Shown here one piece after another: positions 18,829-28,340 of a stretch of DNA of 64,000 bases (position 1 is the first letter of the stretch; every line of letters starts with the position of its first letter). The stretch is taken from the IMG/VR virus record IMGVR_UViG_3300035696_000012, positions 32,001-96,000 of that record; one strand, 5' to 3'. Made by a program: the position numbers and the translations under genes. The notes under the pieces were generated by a model, which ran no database searches, was not told the DNA's origin, and saw only the letters and a list, made by a program, of their open reading frames with translations. This DNA is from a virus.

Positions 18829-19026
18829 TCACTTGGAATAGTTATCTTTGCTCCAACAATTTCCTGTTAAAACGAAACTCGTAAGTGATATCAAACGCTT
18901 AGGCGGAGGACTTATTTTTCCATTTTCTTTGCATGTAGGACATTCTTCTAATGGCTCATCATGAACTGATTGAACTGCCTCAAACTCTGCATCGCATATT
19001 TCACAATAATAACAATAGGTTGCCAT
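18829..19026 (-). CDS. FmdB-family zinc-ribbon protein
   Basis: MATYCYYCEIC..EFE..QS....PLEECPTC...G.....KRLIS...F.LTG..W. Confidence 0.85.
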   Translation of the reverse strand: MATYCYYCEICDAEFEAVQSVHDEPLEECPTCKENGKISPPPKRLISLTSFVLTGNCWSKDNYSK

Positions 19027-19027
19027 T

Positions 19028-19261
19028 CTATTTCCCTTTATTCATAATCTTAGAAATTACATCTTGTGCTATCTTATTAGCCTCATCTTCTGATATCACA
19101 TTTGTTTTCACTTTACTATCTACTTCGGTGAGTATTTTTTGTAATCGTTTTAAGCTACGTGATGGCTTTGGCGTCTTACCTTGCTGCACATCATCGAATG
19201 CTTTTTTCAATTCTTCGATTGCAAAATTGATTACTTGTTTTTTACTATCGTCTTCTGGCAT
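19028..19261 (-). CDS. Hypothetical protein
   Basis: 77 aa helical ORF, 1-nt gap to FmdB gene. Confidence 0.65.
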   Translation of the reverse strand: MPEDDSKKQVINFAIEELKKAFDDVQQGKTPKPSRSLKRLQKILTEVDSKVKTNVISEDEANKIAQDVISKIMNKGK

Positions 19262-19271
19262 TTGTTGTTTC

Positions 19272-19598
19272 CTATATTAGGAGTAAATAATCATTTGTAT
19301 GATTTTCTTTTTCAATAATCTTTATTGTTTTATCATTTATTTCAGTGAATGAAATTATATATCGTTCATTGAAATCTGATTTATCGCCTAATTTTTTTAT
19401 AGCTTTTGCCTGCTGCTTATCTATGCTACGAACATAATTAAGTAATTCATTTTTATCACTCATTATGGTGTGGATTATTCGACTATACCTATTGCCTTCT
19501 ATTGTTCCATTAATAAAATTAGGGTATCTTTTATTGAATAGATATTTATCTGCAACGCCGTAATAGATTTTATCGGGGTCGATTTCTTTTTCCAGCAT
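19272..19598 (-). CDS. Hypothetical protein with hydrophobic C-terminal tail (DYLLLI)
   Basis: 108 aa ORF in operon; overlaps upstream gene by 29 nt. Confidence 0.6.
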   Translation of the reverse strand: MLEKEIDPDKIYYGVADKYLFNKRYPNFINGTIEGNRYSRIIHTIMSDKNELLNYVRSIDKQQAKAIKKLGDKSDFNERYIISFTEINDKTIKIIEKENHTNDYLLLI

Positions 19599-19887
19599 CT
19601 AGTCCTTGTTGTATTTTTTGGTATCTATCTTCTCCGATTACATTTGCATACGTGCGTTCATTGGAATAAACTTCTTTTTGAAACTTAATGGCATCTTCTT
19701 TTGTTTTGGCTCTTAGTTCATGACCCGATAGTTCAACGCGCCCGCTACAACCACTAATTAGACGGGTAATATTTCCTTTGACCTTACACTGCGGACATTC
19801 CTCTGGGTCTGGAGCCTTAATTGATTGTTCTAATTCCCATTCGTGATTACATTTAATTTCATTACATTTGAACTCATATGTTGGCAT
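19570..19887 (-). CDS. FmdB-family zinc-ribbon protein with C-terminal extension
   Basis: MPTYEFKC...CNHEWE..QSI....PEECPQC...G.ITRLIS. Confidence 0.85.
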   Translation of the reverse strand: MPTYEFKCNEIKCNHEWELEQSIKAPDPEECPQCKVKGNITRLISGCSGRVELSGHELRAKTKEDAIKFQKEVYSNERTYANVIGEDRYQKIQQGLDAGKRNRPR

Positions 19888-19888
19888 T

Positions 19889-20632
19889 TTATTCCTTTGA
19901 TTTTTTAATTAGCGGTATAACGTGATCTACAATATATCTTTGAAGTTTTAAATTTGAATATTTTCTACCATCAATTTCTATTAATGGAATATTATTTTCT
20001 TTACAAATTTGTCGTTTATAGGCATCTCTTTTTTGTTGTTCCTCAAAATTAACTTTAGCTCTTTCCAGTGAAATGCCACCATATTTGACTGGCTGGTAAT
20101 GATGTTGTCCATTATATTCAATAACAAAATTAAAAATAGGTAAATAAAAATCAAATCTTAATTTTCTTGTTGCATTTGGTATTATTAATTTAATATATTT
20201 TTCAGTTTCAAATTTTATTTGATGATCTATTAGAATATCATATATTAATTGGGCGTTTCTTCTACTATTACATATAGGGCATCCCTGTCCCTGTAAATGA
20301 TGTGTGGGTTTTTGCGTAAAAATACCATGTTTTGGACAATTTATTTCCACATTAGTATCATCGTTTATATAATTAACTTTATAATAATCATATTTATTTT
20401 TATGAATCTTTTCTGCTTTTTTTATAAATTCAGGTGTTGTCGATTTTTGTTTTCCACCACATATTGGACATCCTTGCCCTTGCAAATGTTTATGTGGTTT
20501 TTGCTGGAATAGCCCATGTTTCAAACACATAATATTAACTTGTATATTACCATTTACGCAATCTACGAAATCATAACTATACATGTTTTTATGAATATAT
20601 TTTGCTTTTGTTATAAATTGCTCCGTTGTCAT
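19889..20632 (-). CDS. DUF723-like repeat PD-(D/E)xK-type endonuclease (3' part of a probably split gene)
   Basis: Two F...A..IH...Y.Y...Y......V.I.C.KHG.F.Q.P..HL.G.GCP.C repeats, then RFDFYLP..NFVIEYNGQHHY nuclease motif. Confidence 0.8.
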   Translation of the reverse strand: MTTEQFITKAKYIHKNMYSYDFVDCVNGNIQVNIMCLKHGLFQQKPHKHLQGQGCPICGGKQKSTTPEFIKKAEKIHKNKYDYYKVNYINDDTNVEINCPKHGIFTQKPTHHLQGQGCPICNSRRNAQLIYDILIDHQIKFETEKYIKLIIPNATRKLRFDFYLPIFNFVIEYNGQHHYQPVKYGGISLERAKVNFEEQQKRDAYKRQICKENNIPLIEIDGRKYSNLKLQRYIVDHVIPLIKKSKE

Positions 20633-21051
20633 AGAAATAATGATGCTAATTTTTCAGCTTTACACTGCTTGCATCCTCTTCCTTGTAAATGAGCATCTGG
20701 CGTCTGTTTAAATACACCGTGATTTGGGCATACGATATCAATTGATGACAGCGTATCTTTATATACTGACTGAGTATAAATATACTTATCTTCATGAACC
20801 AATGATGCTTCTTCTATAAATTCTTCTAGCGTTTTGGTCCGTAAAATAGCTGAGCGTTTTTTACCGCACTCTTTACATCCACGACCTTGTAAATGTTTTG
20901 CTGGACTTTGATCAAAAACCCCGTGAATTAAACATTTTATTTTTCCTTTTGTATGAGCATTTACATAAATAAATAGCGAATAATCAAACTTATTTTCATG
21001 TATTTTATTGCTACGTTCTATAAATTCAGTAAGACTCATCCTATTAGACAT
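20629..21051 (-). CDS. DUF723-like repeat protein (5' part of a probably split endonuclease)
   Basis: Two of the same Cys/His repeats, no catalytic domain; ATGA overlap with 19889..20632. Confidence 0.7.
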   Translation of the reverse strand: MSNRMSLTEFIERSNKIHENKFDYSLFIYVNAHTKGKIKCLIHGVFDQSPAKHLQGRGCKECGKKRSAILRTKTLEEFIEEASLVHEDKYIYTQSVYKDTLSSIDIVCPNHGVFKQTPDAHLQGRGCKQCKAEKLASLFL

Positions 21052-21059
21052 AATATATC

Positions 21060-22439
21060 CTATATTTTATTAATTTTATCCGATATATCCTCCGGATCTT
21101 TTTTCCCATCACCCTCAATATAAACATCATTTAATAATGCGCAACATTCCATATGTTTTTTTAATTTACCGCTAGCCAATTCACCACGTCTATTTTTCAC
21201 CATCTCTACGCTAAAATCTGGACAATGTTTTTCATTTGGTCTAGTATTTATTACAATAAGCATATCAACGTTGTCTGCAATTTGAGTGGCACGCCTTAAA
21301 TCTTTTATTCCGAAACTACCGTCTTTACCACCGCCCTTTGGATTTAGCTGAACCGCACTCAAAACTATTGTTTCTTTGGCGCGCGCTAACTCATGCACTC
21401 CCTCTGATATTTGCGCCTGCATAAGCCAATCATCCGTGGCATCTGAATCAACACTCATCAAATTCAAATAGTCAATTACAACAACATCTGGCTTACCATA
21501 TTGCGTAGCATAATCATCAATCATATTTTCTAATGCTTCTGGCGTCGCTTTTCGTGGTAAATCGATGACCGTGAAATTTTTATTGTAATTTTTTATAAAT
21601 TTAAAACTCATACCAACGCGAGCTTTTTGTTCGTCATCTAGATTTGCATCTCTAATGTTTTTCTGTGGAACCATAGCAATCCTAGCTATTGCTCTTTGCA
21701 TATAATCTTCATAATTCATTTCTAATGAAAATAATAATACATTGGATCCTGTATTAAAATTTGATGTCATAGAAATATCATTGGCACCTAACCACATTTG
21801 TATTGCTGAGTTCATTAATAATAATGATTTGCCCGAGCTAGTGATGCCTGCGAACACAATCAATTCACCACTCCGTAATCCTAGATTTGTATTATCTATA
21901 AAATCATACCCTGTTCTTATACCAGTTCCATAATTAGGGTCTCGCATTTTATTATTATAGGTATTCTTAAAATCATCAGCGTATTCTTTTAGTGTTCCTT
22001 TTTTGTATGATCCTATTTTATTTACATTTTTGATATTATTGAGGGCACTCTGGATATCACTAACTGATTTTTTTAAATCTATTTTATCTAAATCTCCGAT
22101 ACTTTCTTTTAGTCCGACAATAAGTTTTTCGGAATATCGTTTTTTTAGTTTTTCTAAATCGTGCTTATATTCCTTGTCATCGTAATTAAATGACATTACT
22201 CTATCGAATAACTGACTGCTATGTTCTGCAAATGCTTTATTTTTCGCAGGATCAATACGCTCAATCAGTACTCGTTTTGTAGGTATGTCCTTGAATGATT
22301 TTATATACTCAATAACTAATTTAGCGAAACGCCACACACTTGGATCGAATAACTTCTCATTGCAATCGTGAGCGAACTCCAATGCATATTTACGATTAGT
22401 TAGAATAGTTTTTAGAATAGATAGGTCGAGGTCGTTCAT
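21060..22439 (-). CDS. dnaB: Replicative DNA helicase
   Basis: TG...ID....GL..GEL...AG.TSSGKS, LFSLEM, VVIDYLNL, AVQLN, D.RRATQI.D..D, KNRRG. Confidence 0.9.
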   Translation of the reverse strand: MNDLDLSILKTILTNRKYALEFAHDCNEKLFDPSVWRFAKLVIEYIKSFKDIPTKRVLIERIDPAKNKAFAEHSSQLFDRVMSFNYDDKEYKHDLEKLKKRYSEKLIVGLKESIGDLDKIDLKKSVSDIQSALNNIKNVNKIGSYKKGTLKEYADDFKNTYNNKMRDPNYGTGIRTGYDFIDNTNLGLRSGELIVFAGITSSGKSLLLMNSAIQMWLGANDISMTSNFNTGSNVLLFSLEMNYEDYMQRAIARIAMVPQKNIRDANLDDEQKARVGMSFKFIKNYNKNFTVIDLPRKATPEALENMIDDYATQYGKPDVVVIDYLNLMSVDSDATDDWLMQAQISEGVHELARAKETIVLSAVQLNPKGGGKDGSFGIKDLRRATQIADNVDMLIVINTRPNEKHCPDFSVEMVKNRRGELASGKLKKHMECCALLNDVYIEGDGKKDPEDISDKINKI

Positions 22440-23122
22440 TTATGTCTTGCCCTTCTTACTCCATCGCGTTGGTTTTGTTTTGAAGATAGTGGTCGTAGAT
22501 TACTTAATGCCCAGCAATCAATAAAATTTTGATCTGTCATGAGTGTATATTCAAATTCACTATGAGGTTTTATGTGATCTATTTGCCAAGTCCAAGTATT
22601 CGGATCATTATCATCCCAAATTTTGGGATTATACTTACCATAATTATCCCAATTCATCCATGACTCGAATTGTTTTTCTAAATGGGTTTTTAATTCATTT
22701 ATCGAATATGGTAAAACTGCCAAAATAGAATTAGATTTTTTTGAATTTCTTCTTTTTAATCCGGTGCTAATAGCTTTTGACATATTTGTTCTTAACATAT
22801 ATGTTATATCTATTTCTTTACGTTTTTTCTCGCTAGCGTTTCTTTGTTCCCTATGTGTTTCTCTATAATTTTTAGAGCGTACCAATAATTCCTCTCTATG
22901 TCTGACATACCAATTTCTTTTATTTGCTTCCATATTATCTTTATTATTTTTTGCATATTCCTTACTGTATGCTGCTAATTTTTCTTTATTTTTTGTTTGA
23001 TATTCTTTATTATATTCTTTAATACACATTTTACATTTAGGGTTTGTAAATTTTAATTGACCATCATTAAAATCAGATTCCGTTCTTGAACAACTGCAAA
23101 ATTTACAATATATTAATATCAT
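22436..23122 (-). CDS. HNH homing endonuclease (intact)
   Basis: CxxC N-terminus, K/E-rich helix, YS..EL..HLE.QF..WMNW.N.G, WQIDHIKP, WALSNLRPL...N; ATGA overlaps at both ends. Confidence 0.85.
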   Translation of the reverse strand: MILIYCKFCSCSRTESDFNDGQLKFTNPKCKMCIKEYNKEYQTKNKEKLAAYSKEYAKNNKDNMEANKRNWYVRHREELLVRSKNYRETHREQRNASEKKRKEIDITYMLRTNMSKAISTGLKRRNSKKSNSILAVLPYSINELKTHLEKQFESWMNWDNYGKYNPKIWDDNDPNTWTWQIDHIKPHSEFEYTLMTDQNFIDCWALSNLRPLSSKQNQRDGVRRARHK

Positions 23123-23853
23123 TTTTGATTTTTCCTAAAATCTTTATCTAACACTGATATTATTTTAATACGATTAAAAATACTATCTATGCTCTCTTTA
23201 ATAGATCCCTTAAATGCTTGTGTTGGATTTGGACTATTGCTACATATAAATAGTGGCATTTTATTTTGAGATCTTCCTCGCAAGATAGGTTCTACTGAAC
23301 GAGCAAAAAGATCGCTAGCACCATCTGTAATATATTTAGAATCCATTTCATCAATTACTAATAAATCAACCCCCATCAACTCTTTTCTAATTAAATATTT
23401 ATCATCATACGGCGCTTCAATTAATGTATTAACGATATCATTAAGCGTTGTATATAGACATGAATAATTCTTCTCACAAGCTCGTTTTAGAATACAAGAA
23501 ACGGTCATCGTCTTCCCAATTCCATGGCTACCAGCTAGGCACAACGACATCCCATCACTATATACCTTTGGGAGATTTTCGGTAAGGCGGGCATATACTT
23601 TTTTTAGTTCGTTGGAGCCAACAAAATCATCCATACTTAATCCCCAATATTCTATTTGAATATTCGATTCAGCATATCTATTATAAGCAATAAGCATAAT
23701 ACTACATTTTTCACACACTCCGTCATATGCTTGCTCGATTCTCGTTATGTTCTTTGTCGAGCAAGTTTTACAAGACTGAACCAGTGATAGTATTTTCTCT
23801 TCAACTTTGCGGCGTGGAAGATTATTTAGTGATTGTGATCTTACTATGCTCAT
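23119..23853 (-). CDS. DnaC/IstB-like AAA+ ATPase, probable helicase loader
   Basis: CKTC/CEKC zinc motif, GSHGIGKT Walker A, DLLVIDEMD Walker B, R...K.P...SN; next to dnaB. Confidence 0.85.
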   Translation of the reverse strand: MSIVRSQSLNNLPRRKVEEKILSLVQSCKTCSTKNITRIEQAYDGVCEKCSIMLIAYNRYAESNIQIEYWGLSMDDFVGSNELKKVYARLTENLPKVYSDGMSLCLAGSHGIGKTMTVSCILKRACEKNYSCLYTTLNDIVNTLIEAPYDDKYLIRKELMGVDLLVIDEMDSKYITDGASDLFARSVEPILRGRSQNKMPLFICSNSPNPTQAFKGSIKESIDSIFNRIKIISVLDKDFRKNQK

Positions 23854-24236
23854 TGTTTCTTTACTCCACCAAACAACATTGACAATGACGAACCATAACT
23901 AACCGGTGCATTTCCTGATGGCTCATGTGAGCGAAGTTTTTCACTTATCTCTTCTAGCTCTAAGCTATTCAGCTCTGCTTTTAGTTCCGCCAGTGTCTGT
24001 ATATCAGTATTGGTCTTGATTGGCTTTTCTACAACCTCTTCGTATTCTTCTTTAATATTCGATTCGCTGAATGAAAAAAACAAAACATCTTCGAGTGTCT
24101 TTTGTATTACTGTGATTTTGTTGCCCGTGAGGGATTTTATGGCTGATTTGCCGTCTGACCAAGATATAACGGTTCCACTGACTTGAACGCCATTGCGGAA
24201 GAAGGCTGTTATGTTGCTATTTTGTGGAGGTATCAT
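23850..24236 (-). CDS. Hypothetical protein with Hfq/Sm-like N-terminus and coiled coil
   Basis: ITAFFRNGVQVSGTVISWSD resembles the Hfq Sm1 pattern V.(I/V)(F/Y)L.NG.(Q/K)L.G.(I/V)..(F/W)D. Confidence 0.55.
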   Translation of the reverse strand: MIPPQNSNITAFFRNGVQVSGTVISWSDGKSAIKSLTGNKITVIQKTLEDVLFFSFSESNIKEEYEEVVEKPIKTNTDIQTLAELKAELNSLELEEISEKLRSHEPSGNAPVSYGSSLSMLFGGVKKQ

Positions 24237-24526
24237 AATAGTAATAAATACTTTCTCATTTGATCTGCGTATTGCGGATAGTTATCTATGATATATTGAA
24301 AATAATCTTCCTGAGCAAATAATATTTCTTGTGTTATAAATTTAATTATATTAGGGATTGGATTTAGTCCTCTGTCTTCATATATAGAAATAAACTTAGC
24401 TATATACCCCGCTGTAAATGGTGTTCCGTAATGTATTTCAATTACTTCCGTAAAATCGGTATCATATAATGTGTGATGAACCGTTGGAAGATCTAAAAAC
24501 TTCATTTCATCTTTTATGAATGTCAT
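24233..24526 (-). CDS. Hypothetical protein, paralogue of 24523..24852
   Basis: IYEDRGLNPIPNI ... YPQYADQMRKYLLLL; ATGA overlaps. Confidence 0.7.
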   Translation of the reverse strand: MTFIKDEMKFLDLPTVHHTLYDTDFTEVIEIHYGTPFTAGYIAKFISIYEDRGLNPIPNIIKFITQEILFAQEDYFQYIIDNYPQYADQMRKYLLLL

Positions 24527-24852
24527 ATTAGCATCAAATACTTTTCTATATCATTTTTGTATTGAGGATATAACTGATATATAAATTGCACTTCTTCATC
24601 AAGTCCTTCTTTGAAAGGAATAATAGCTCTGCTATGAATATATAATGCTAAATTATAAGGCACATTATAACTTCTTCTTTTGTAAATATCTACTATGTTT
24701 TCAATTATTTTTTTAAAATGTTCCATTAAATCGTCATCATCACCATTGGTATTCATAACACCAAAACTTTCATTAAACTCTGTATCTATTAACCAATAAG
24801 CGGTCTGATATTCATTCGATGCGAAGCCTACTTGATCTATTGATTGAAACAT
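24523..24852 (-). CDS. Hypothetical protein, paralogue of 24233..24526
   Basis: IYKRRSYNVPYNL ... YPQYKNDIEKYLMLI. Confidence 0.7.
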   Translation of the reverse strand: MFQSIDQVGFASNEYQTAYWLIDTEFNESFGVMNTNGDDDDLMEHFKKIIENIVDIYKRRSYNVPYNLALYIHSRAIIPFKEGLDEEVQFIYQLYPQYKNDIEKYLMLI

Positions 24853-25112
24853 TATTTCAACCTATTTGCCAAATCTTCCGCATACTTTGCGAGCCATCCA
24901 TTTGTATATAGGCATTCGGATATTTGTGAATCTTGCACGAGTCTTTCTACCACTCCGGGCGGCAAGTGATCTCGCATCAATTCATATAGGAACGCAACTA
25001 ATTTGCTATCCATTTCTATATGACCACTGCGTTCTCGAAGGGTATCGGTTTCTTGTTTTCTATCTATATTTCTGGACTCATCATTAGTCCAGTGGGCGGG
25101 GATATTTGTCAT
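24852..25112 (-). CDS. Hypothetical protein
   Basis: 86 aa, stop/start overlaps on both sides. Confidence 0.65.
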   Translation of the reverse strand: MTNIPAHWTNDESRNIDRKQETDTLRERSGHIEMDSKLVAFLYELMRDHLPPGVVERLVQDSQISECLYTNGWLAKYAEDLANRLK

Positions 25113-25684
25113 TTTACTTTTTCCAAAATCTTCATATCAAATCCCGCTTCAACCAATTTCTCCATCATCTCTTTATAGTCTTCATTATCTTTTACGAAGG
25201 CTAAATCTCCATAGTTATTTATTGGCGCAGTGTATTGCTTTACTATTGCTAAATAGTTTGCTGGCAATAATGTCGTTCGATCGATCGAGGCATTAGGTAT
25301 GAGTTTTAGGAACTTATACTTATTTACTAACTCAACATTAGTAATAAATCCTAATGCAGTTATTCGTTTCTTTCTTGCGACCACTTCCGTTTCAAATAAC
25401 CAATCTATGTAATCCTTCAATACTGCAACATCTGATGTTATCATTTGTGCAAGGCTTTTCATCCTGTACATTTCATATGATTTGCTGGGCACATTATTAT
25501 TGAAACGGAATGTATATTTCACTCCATAATGCTTTTCATATCTTTTACAAAAATATGCAAGCAAATCGATTAAGCTCCACTTAGATATATCTAATGTTTC
25601 GTGATTTTTGAACTTTGCAAAAAACTTGGTATATGCTGAACTTATTTCGTTTTCTTGCTGTGTTTCCATAGATTTATTTTTCAT
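25109..25684 (-). CDS. Hypothetical protein, possible replication-initiator/loader partner
   Basis: Helical ~190 aa protein in the helicase/loader operon; start uncertain (25684 or 25669); function inferred from position only. Confidence 0.55.
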   Translation of the reverse strand: MKNKSMETQQENEISSAYTKFFAKFKNHETLDISKWSLIDLLAYFCKRYEKHYGVKYTFRFNNNVPSKSYEMYRMKSLAQMITSDVAVLKDYIDWLFETEVVARKKRITALGFITNVELVNKYKFLKLIPNASIDRTTLLPANYLAIVKQYTAPINNYGDLAFVKDNEDYKEMMEKLVEAGFDMKILEKVK

Positions 25685-26586
25685 TTCTTTTTTTATGCCG
25701 TATTCTATATATACCGTCTTCATAGTTTTGTTTTGCCGATAGTGGTCGTAAATTGCTCAATTCCCACGCTTTTTTAAAATTTGGATGTTCCATGGTATCG
25801 TACGGTAAATCTGAATGCGGAATTATATGATCTAATTGCCACTTCCAAGTTGGACAATCTTCGTCATCCCACAGTTCTGCATCGTATATACCCCAATTAT
25901 GCCAATTCATCCATGACTCGAATTGATTTTCTATATGGCTTTTTAATTGTTCAACTGAATAATTCAAATATTTCAAAAAAGATCTATTATTTTTAGTACC
26001 ACCATATGATTTTAGCGTGTGTCTAACCGAAATAGAAACATATTCTCTTAACTTAAATGAAGGATCTGTTTTTAGCCTATTTTTCTTATAAGATCTGGAT
26101 CTTTTTGCTATTTTATCTTTATTCTCTTCTCTATATTGTTTTTCTCGCTTTTATTTTATCTTTATTATTTTCTCTATACAATTTGCGTTTTCCATTTGCA
26201 CAATATAATCGATCATACTCGGATTTTTTATCTTTTGTTTTATCTCTATAAATTTTTGATTTTTCTTTTACAATAGGTTTATTTTCTTCATATCGTATAT
26301 GGTTTTTTAATAAAATTTCTGTTTTGTTTTCCTCATAATACAAATGTTTTCTTGTTTTTACTTTTTCAGCGTTTTCTTTATTATATTCTTTTTGATATTC
26401 TTTTATCAAATCACTATTATTTTTATAATATTCTTTTTGTTTCTCGCACAATAAAATTCTATTATTTTCTCTATATTCGCGTTTTTTGCATGAATTACAC
26501 TTAGGCGATTCACTTTTTAATTCTTTTTTGGCAAATTTCTTTATATCTGTTTGTTTATTGCAAAAACTACAAAATATTTGTTCCAT
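25674..26586 (-). pseudogene. HNH homing endonuclease interrupted by a 1-nt insertion
   Basis: N-half 26131..26586 and C-half 25674..25976 join into a 303-aa paralogue of 22436..23122 if one A is removed from the A5 run (plus-strand T5 at 26139-26143): ...KARK|QYREENKDKIAKRSRSYKKNRLKTDPSFKLREY...FLKYLNYSVEQLKSH. Confidence 0.8.
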
Positions 26587-26609
26587 GGCAAATTCTCCGA
26601 ATACAACTA

Positions 26610-26637
26610 AATATACGGATTATTGGATATATCACAA
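26610..26637 (-). promoter_or_regulatory. Possible host sigma70-type promoter
   Basis: Minus strand TTGTGA-N16-TATATT upstream of 26586; weaker -35. Confidence 0.4.
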
Positions 26638-26647
26638 CTACGCGTAA

Positions 26648-28117
26648 TTATTTTTCAATAAATTCTTTTGGCATTTTTATGACAAATTCGGGCTCGGTCT
26701 CATAAATACTTTTTCTAATTAACGAATGTTTTTTCAGGAACTTTATATCATCCATCGTTTCTACGATGGCAACATAAGGTTTATTTTTACCATCCCTCAA
26801 AACTCTTCCAATTCTTTGTAATGTTTTGACACTACTTTTACCTGACCCAGCTAATACCAATGCACTCAATGTTTTTACATCTATTCCAATGTCGTAAATC
26901 ATACTTGCCACGATACATTTAGATTTTCCACTAAGCAGGTTTTCTTTCACCTCCGCTCGTCTCTTCGTTGTATCTTTACCATTGAGGAACTCGGTGTCAA
27001 TGCCTTTATTCTCAAATAGTTTCAGTAATGTTTTTCCGTGGGCTAAGACTTTAAAAAGAACTAAAACTTGATAGCCCTTATTAATTAGTTTTTCAGCTTC
27101 TGACACAAGTATATTGTTCCTATATTCATTATTTACGACATGATCACTATATACTGTTTGATATGGTGTATCATATTTAGCATAGCCTTTTATATATATG
27201 AACTTGATCATTGGTTTTGCAAGAATGCCACGCTTGATTAATTCTGATGCTTTTACTTCATGTATATTGTCGCCCAAAATCCCTGTTAGCAATAAGTCAG
27301 CCCCATCGTCCCGGCTTGGTGTTCCACTATATGAGAACAATCTTTCTGGCTGTATAACTTTATATATACTTCTAATTGTTTTAGCCCCAGCAATATGGCA
27401 TTCATCTAAATGAACTATCTTCGCATTTTTCATACAATCAATTATTTTTTTCGTATTACTCTCGTCGAACTTCTCATCCGAACTTATATCATCTAATAGA
27501 ATATCTTTTGGTTTCAATCCTAATGCTTTACCTAATGTCCAGACTGATGCTATTGTTATATTACCTATTTGACATATACCATCACCAACAATACCGATCT
27601 CTTGATCAAATAATAATGAAAAGAATGAATGAAACTGATGCAACAACTCTTTGGAAATTACAAGCATTAGTGTGGGCTTACCGAACTGTGCTGTTATCAA
27701 TGCTGCCGTAAGACTTTTACCTGAACCTGTTGCGTGCTTATATATTGCACGATCTTTATCCAATGCATAATTTACTGCATCTAATTGATAGTCATATGGA
27801 ACTAAGTCTAATTTTTTTAGATTATGTGATATGTCTATACTTTTTGCCGGTATGATTGGTAATTTTTGATTTATGATTTCTAATTGTCTATTATTCTTTA
27901 TATAAAAATCATTTACATAATTTACTAATCCTGAATAAAACTCTTGTTTTTTATTTAGTAAATGTTCTTTCCCGTCCCAGTGATGGCGTTTAAATGCTGG
28001 ACTGAACTCCGCGCCCTCATACTTAAATGATAGGTGATTATGTAATTGTTTTAGAAAATCTAAATCATCTTCTTCTATGATTTTAGAAAACTTCTCTTTG
28101 ACTAGGAGTTTGGTCAT
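26648..28117 (-). CDS. Superfamily II DEAD/DEAH helicase (UvsW-like)
   Basis: PYDYQ..AV, ATGSGKS, LDECH, SGTP.RDDG, GID, LQRIGRVLR. Confidence 0.9.
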   Translation of the reverse strand: MTKLLVKEKFSKIIEEDDLDFLKQLHNHLSFKYEGAEFSPAFKRHHWDGKEHLLNKKQEFYSGLVNYVNDFYIKNNRQLEIINQKLPIIPAKSIDISHNLKKLDLVPYDYQLDAVNYALDKDRAIYKHATGSGKSLTAALITAQFGKPTLMLVISKELLHQFHSFFSLLFDQEIGIVGDGICQIGNITIASVWTLGKALGLKPKDILLDDISSDEKFDESNTKKIIDCMKNAKIVHLDECHIAGAKTIRSIYKVIQPERLFSYSGTPSRDDGADLLLTGILGDNIHEVKASELIKRGILAKPMIKFIYIKGYAKYDTPYQTVYSDHVVNNEYRNNILVSEAEKLINKGYQVLVLFKVLAHGKTLLKLFENKGIDTEFLNGKDTTKRRAEVKENLLSGKSKCIVASMIYDIGIDVKTLSALVLAGSGKSSVKTLQRIGRVLRDGKNKPYVAIVETMDDIKFLKKHSLIRKSIYETEPEFVIKMPKEFIEK

Positions 28118-28327
28118 TTACCACTTCTCGTATCCTTCTGATATTCTCTTACTCAATTTCTTATTAAATTCAATTCTTTTTACTTCTTCTCGTCTGCGAT
28201 TACAAAAATCACATTCACAATCGCACCCGTCCTTATGTTGTTCTCCGCCAACACAATAATGCTGGTTATCATCTTTCGATACTAATTTTCCATTAGGATT
28301 TATTCGTATTTTATATTTCTTACTCAT
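28118..28327 (-). CDS. Small Cys-rich hypothetical protein
   Basis: HYC....H..GCDCECDFC; abuts helicase start. Confidence 0.6.
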   Translation of the reverse strand: MSKKYKIRINPNGKLVSKDDNQHYCVGGEQHKDGCDCECDFCNRRREEVKRIEFNKKLSKRISEGYEKW

Positions 28328-28340
28328 TTATGAAATTTAA

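Noticed and set aside
15490-22439. Inteins or introns in nrdJ and dnaB
   Set aside because: Both ORFs have typical lengths with contiguous motifs; no C/S...HN-C/S/T splice signature seen.
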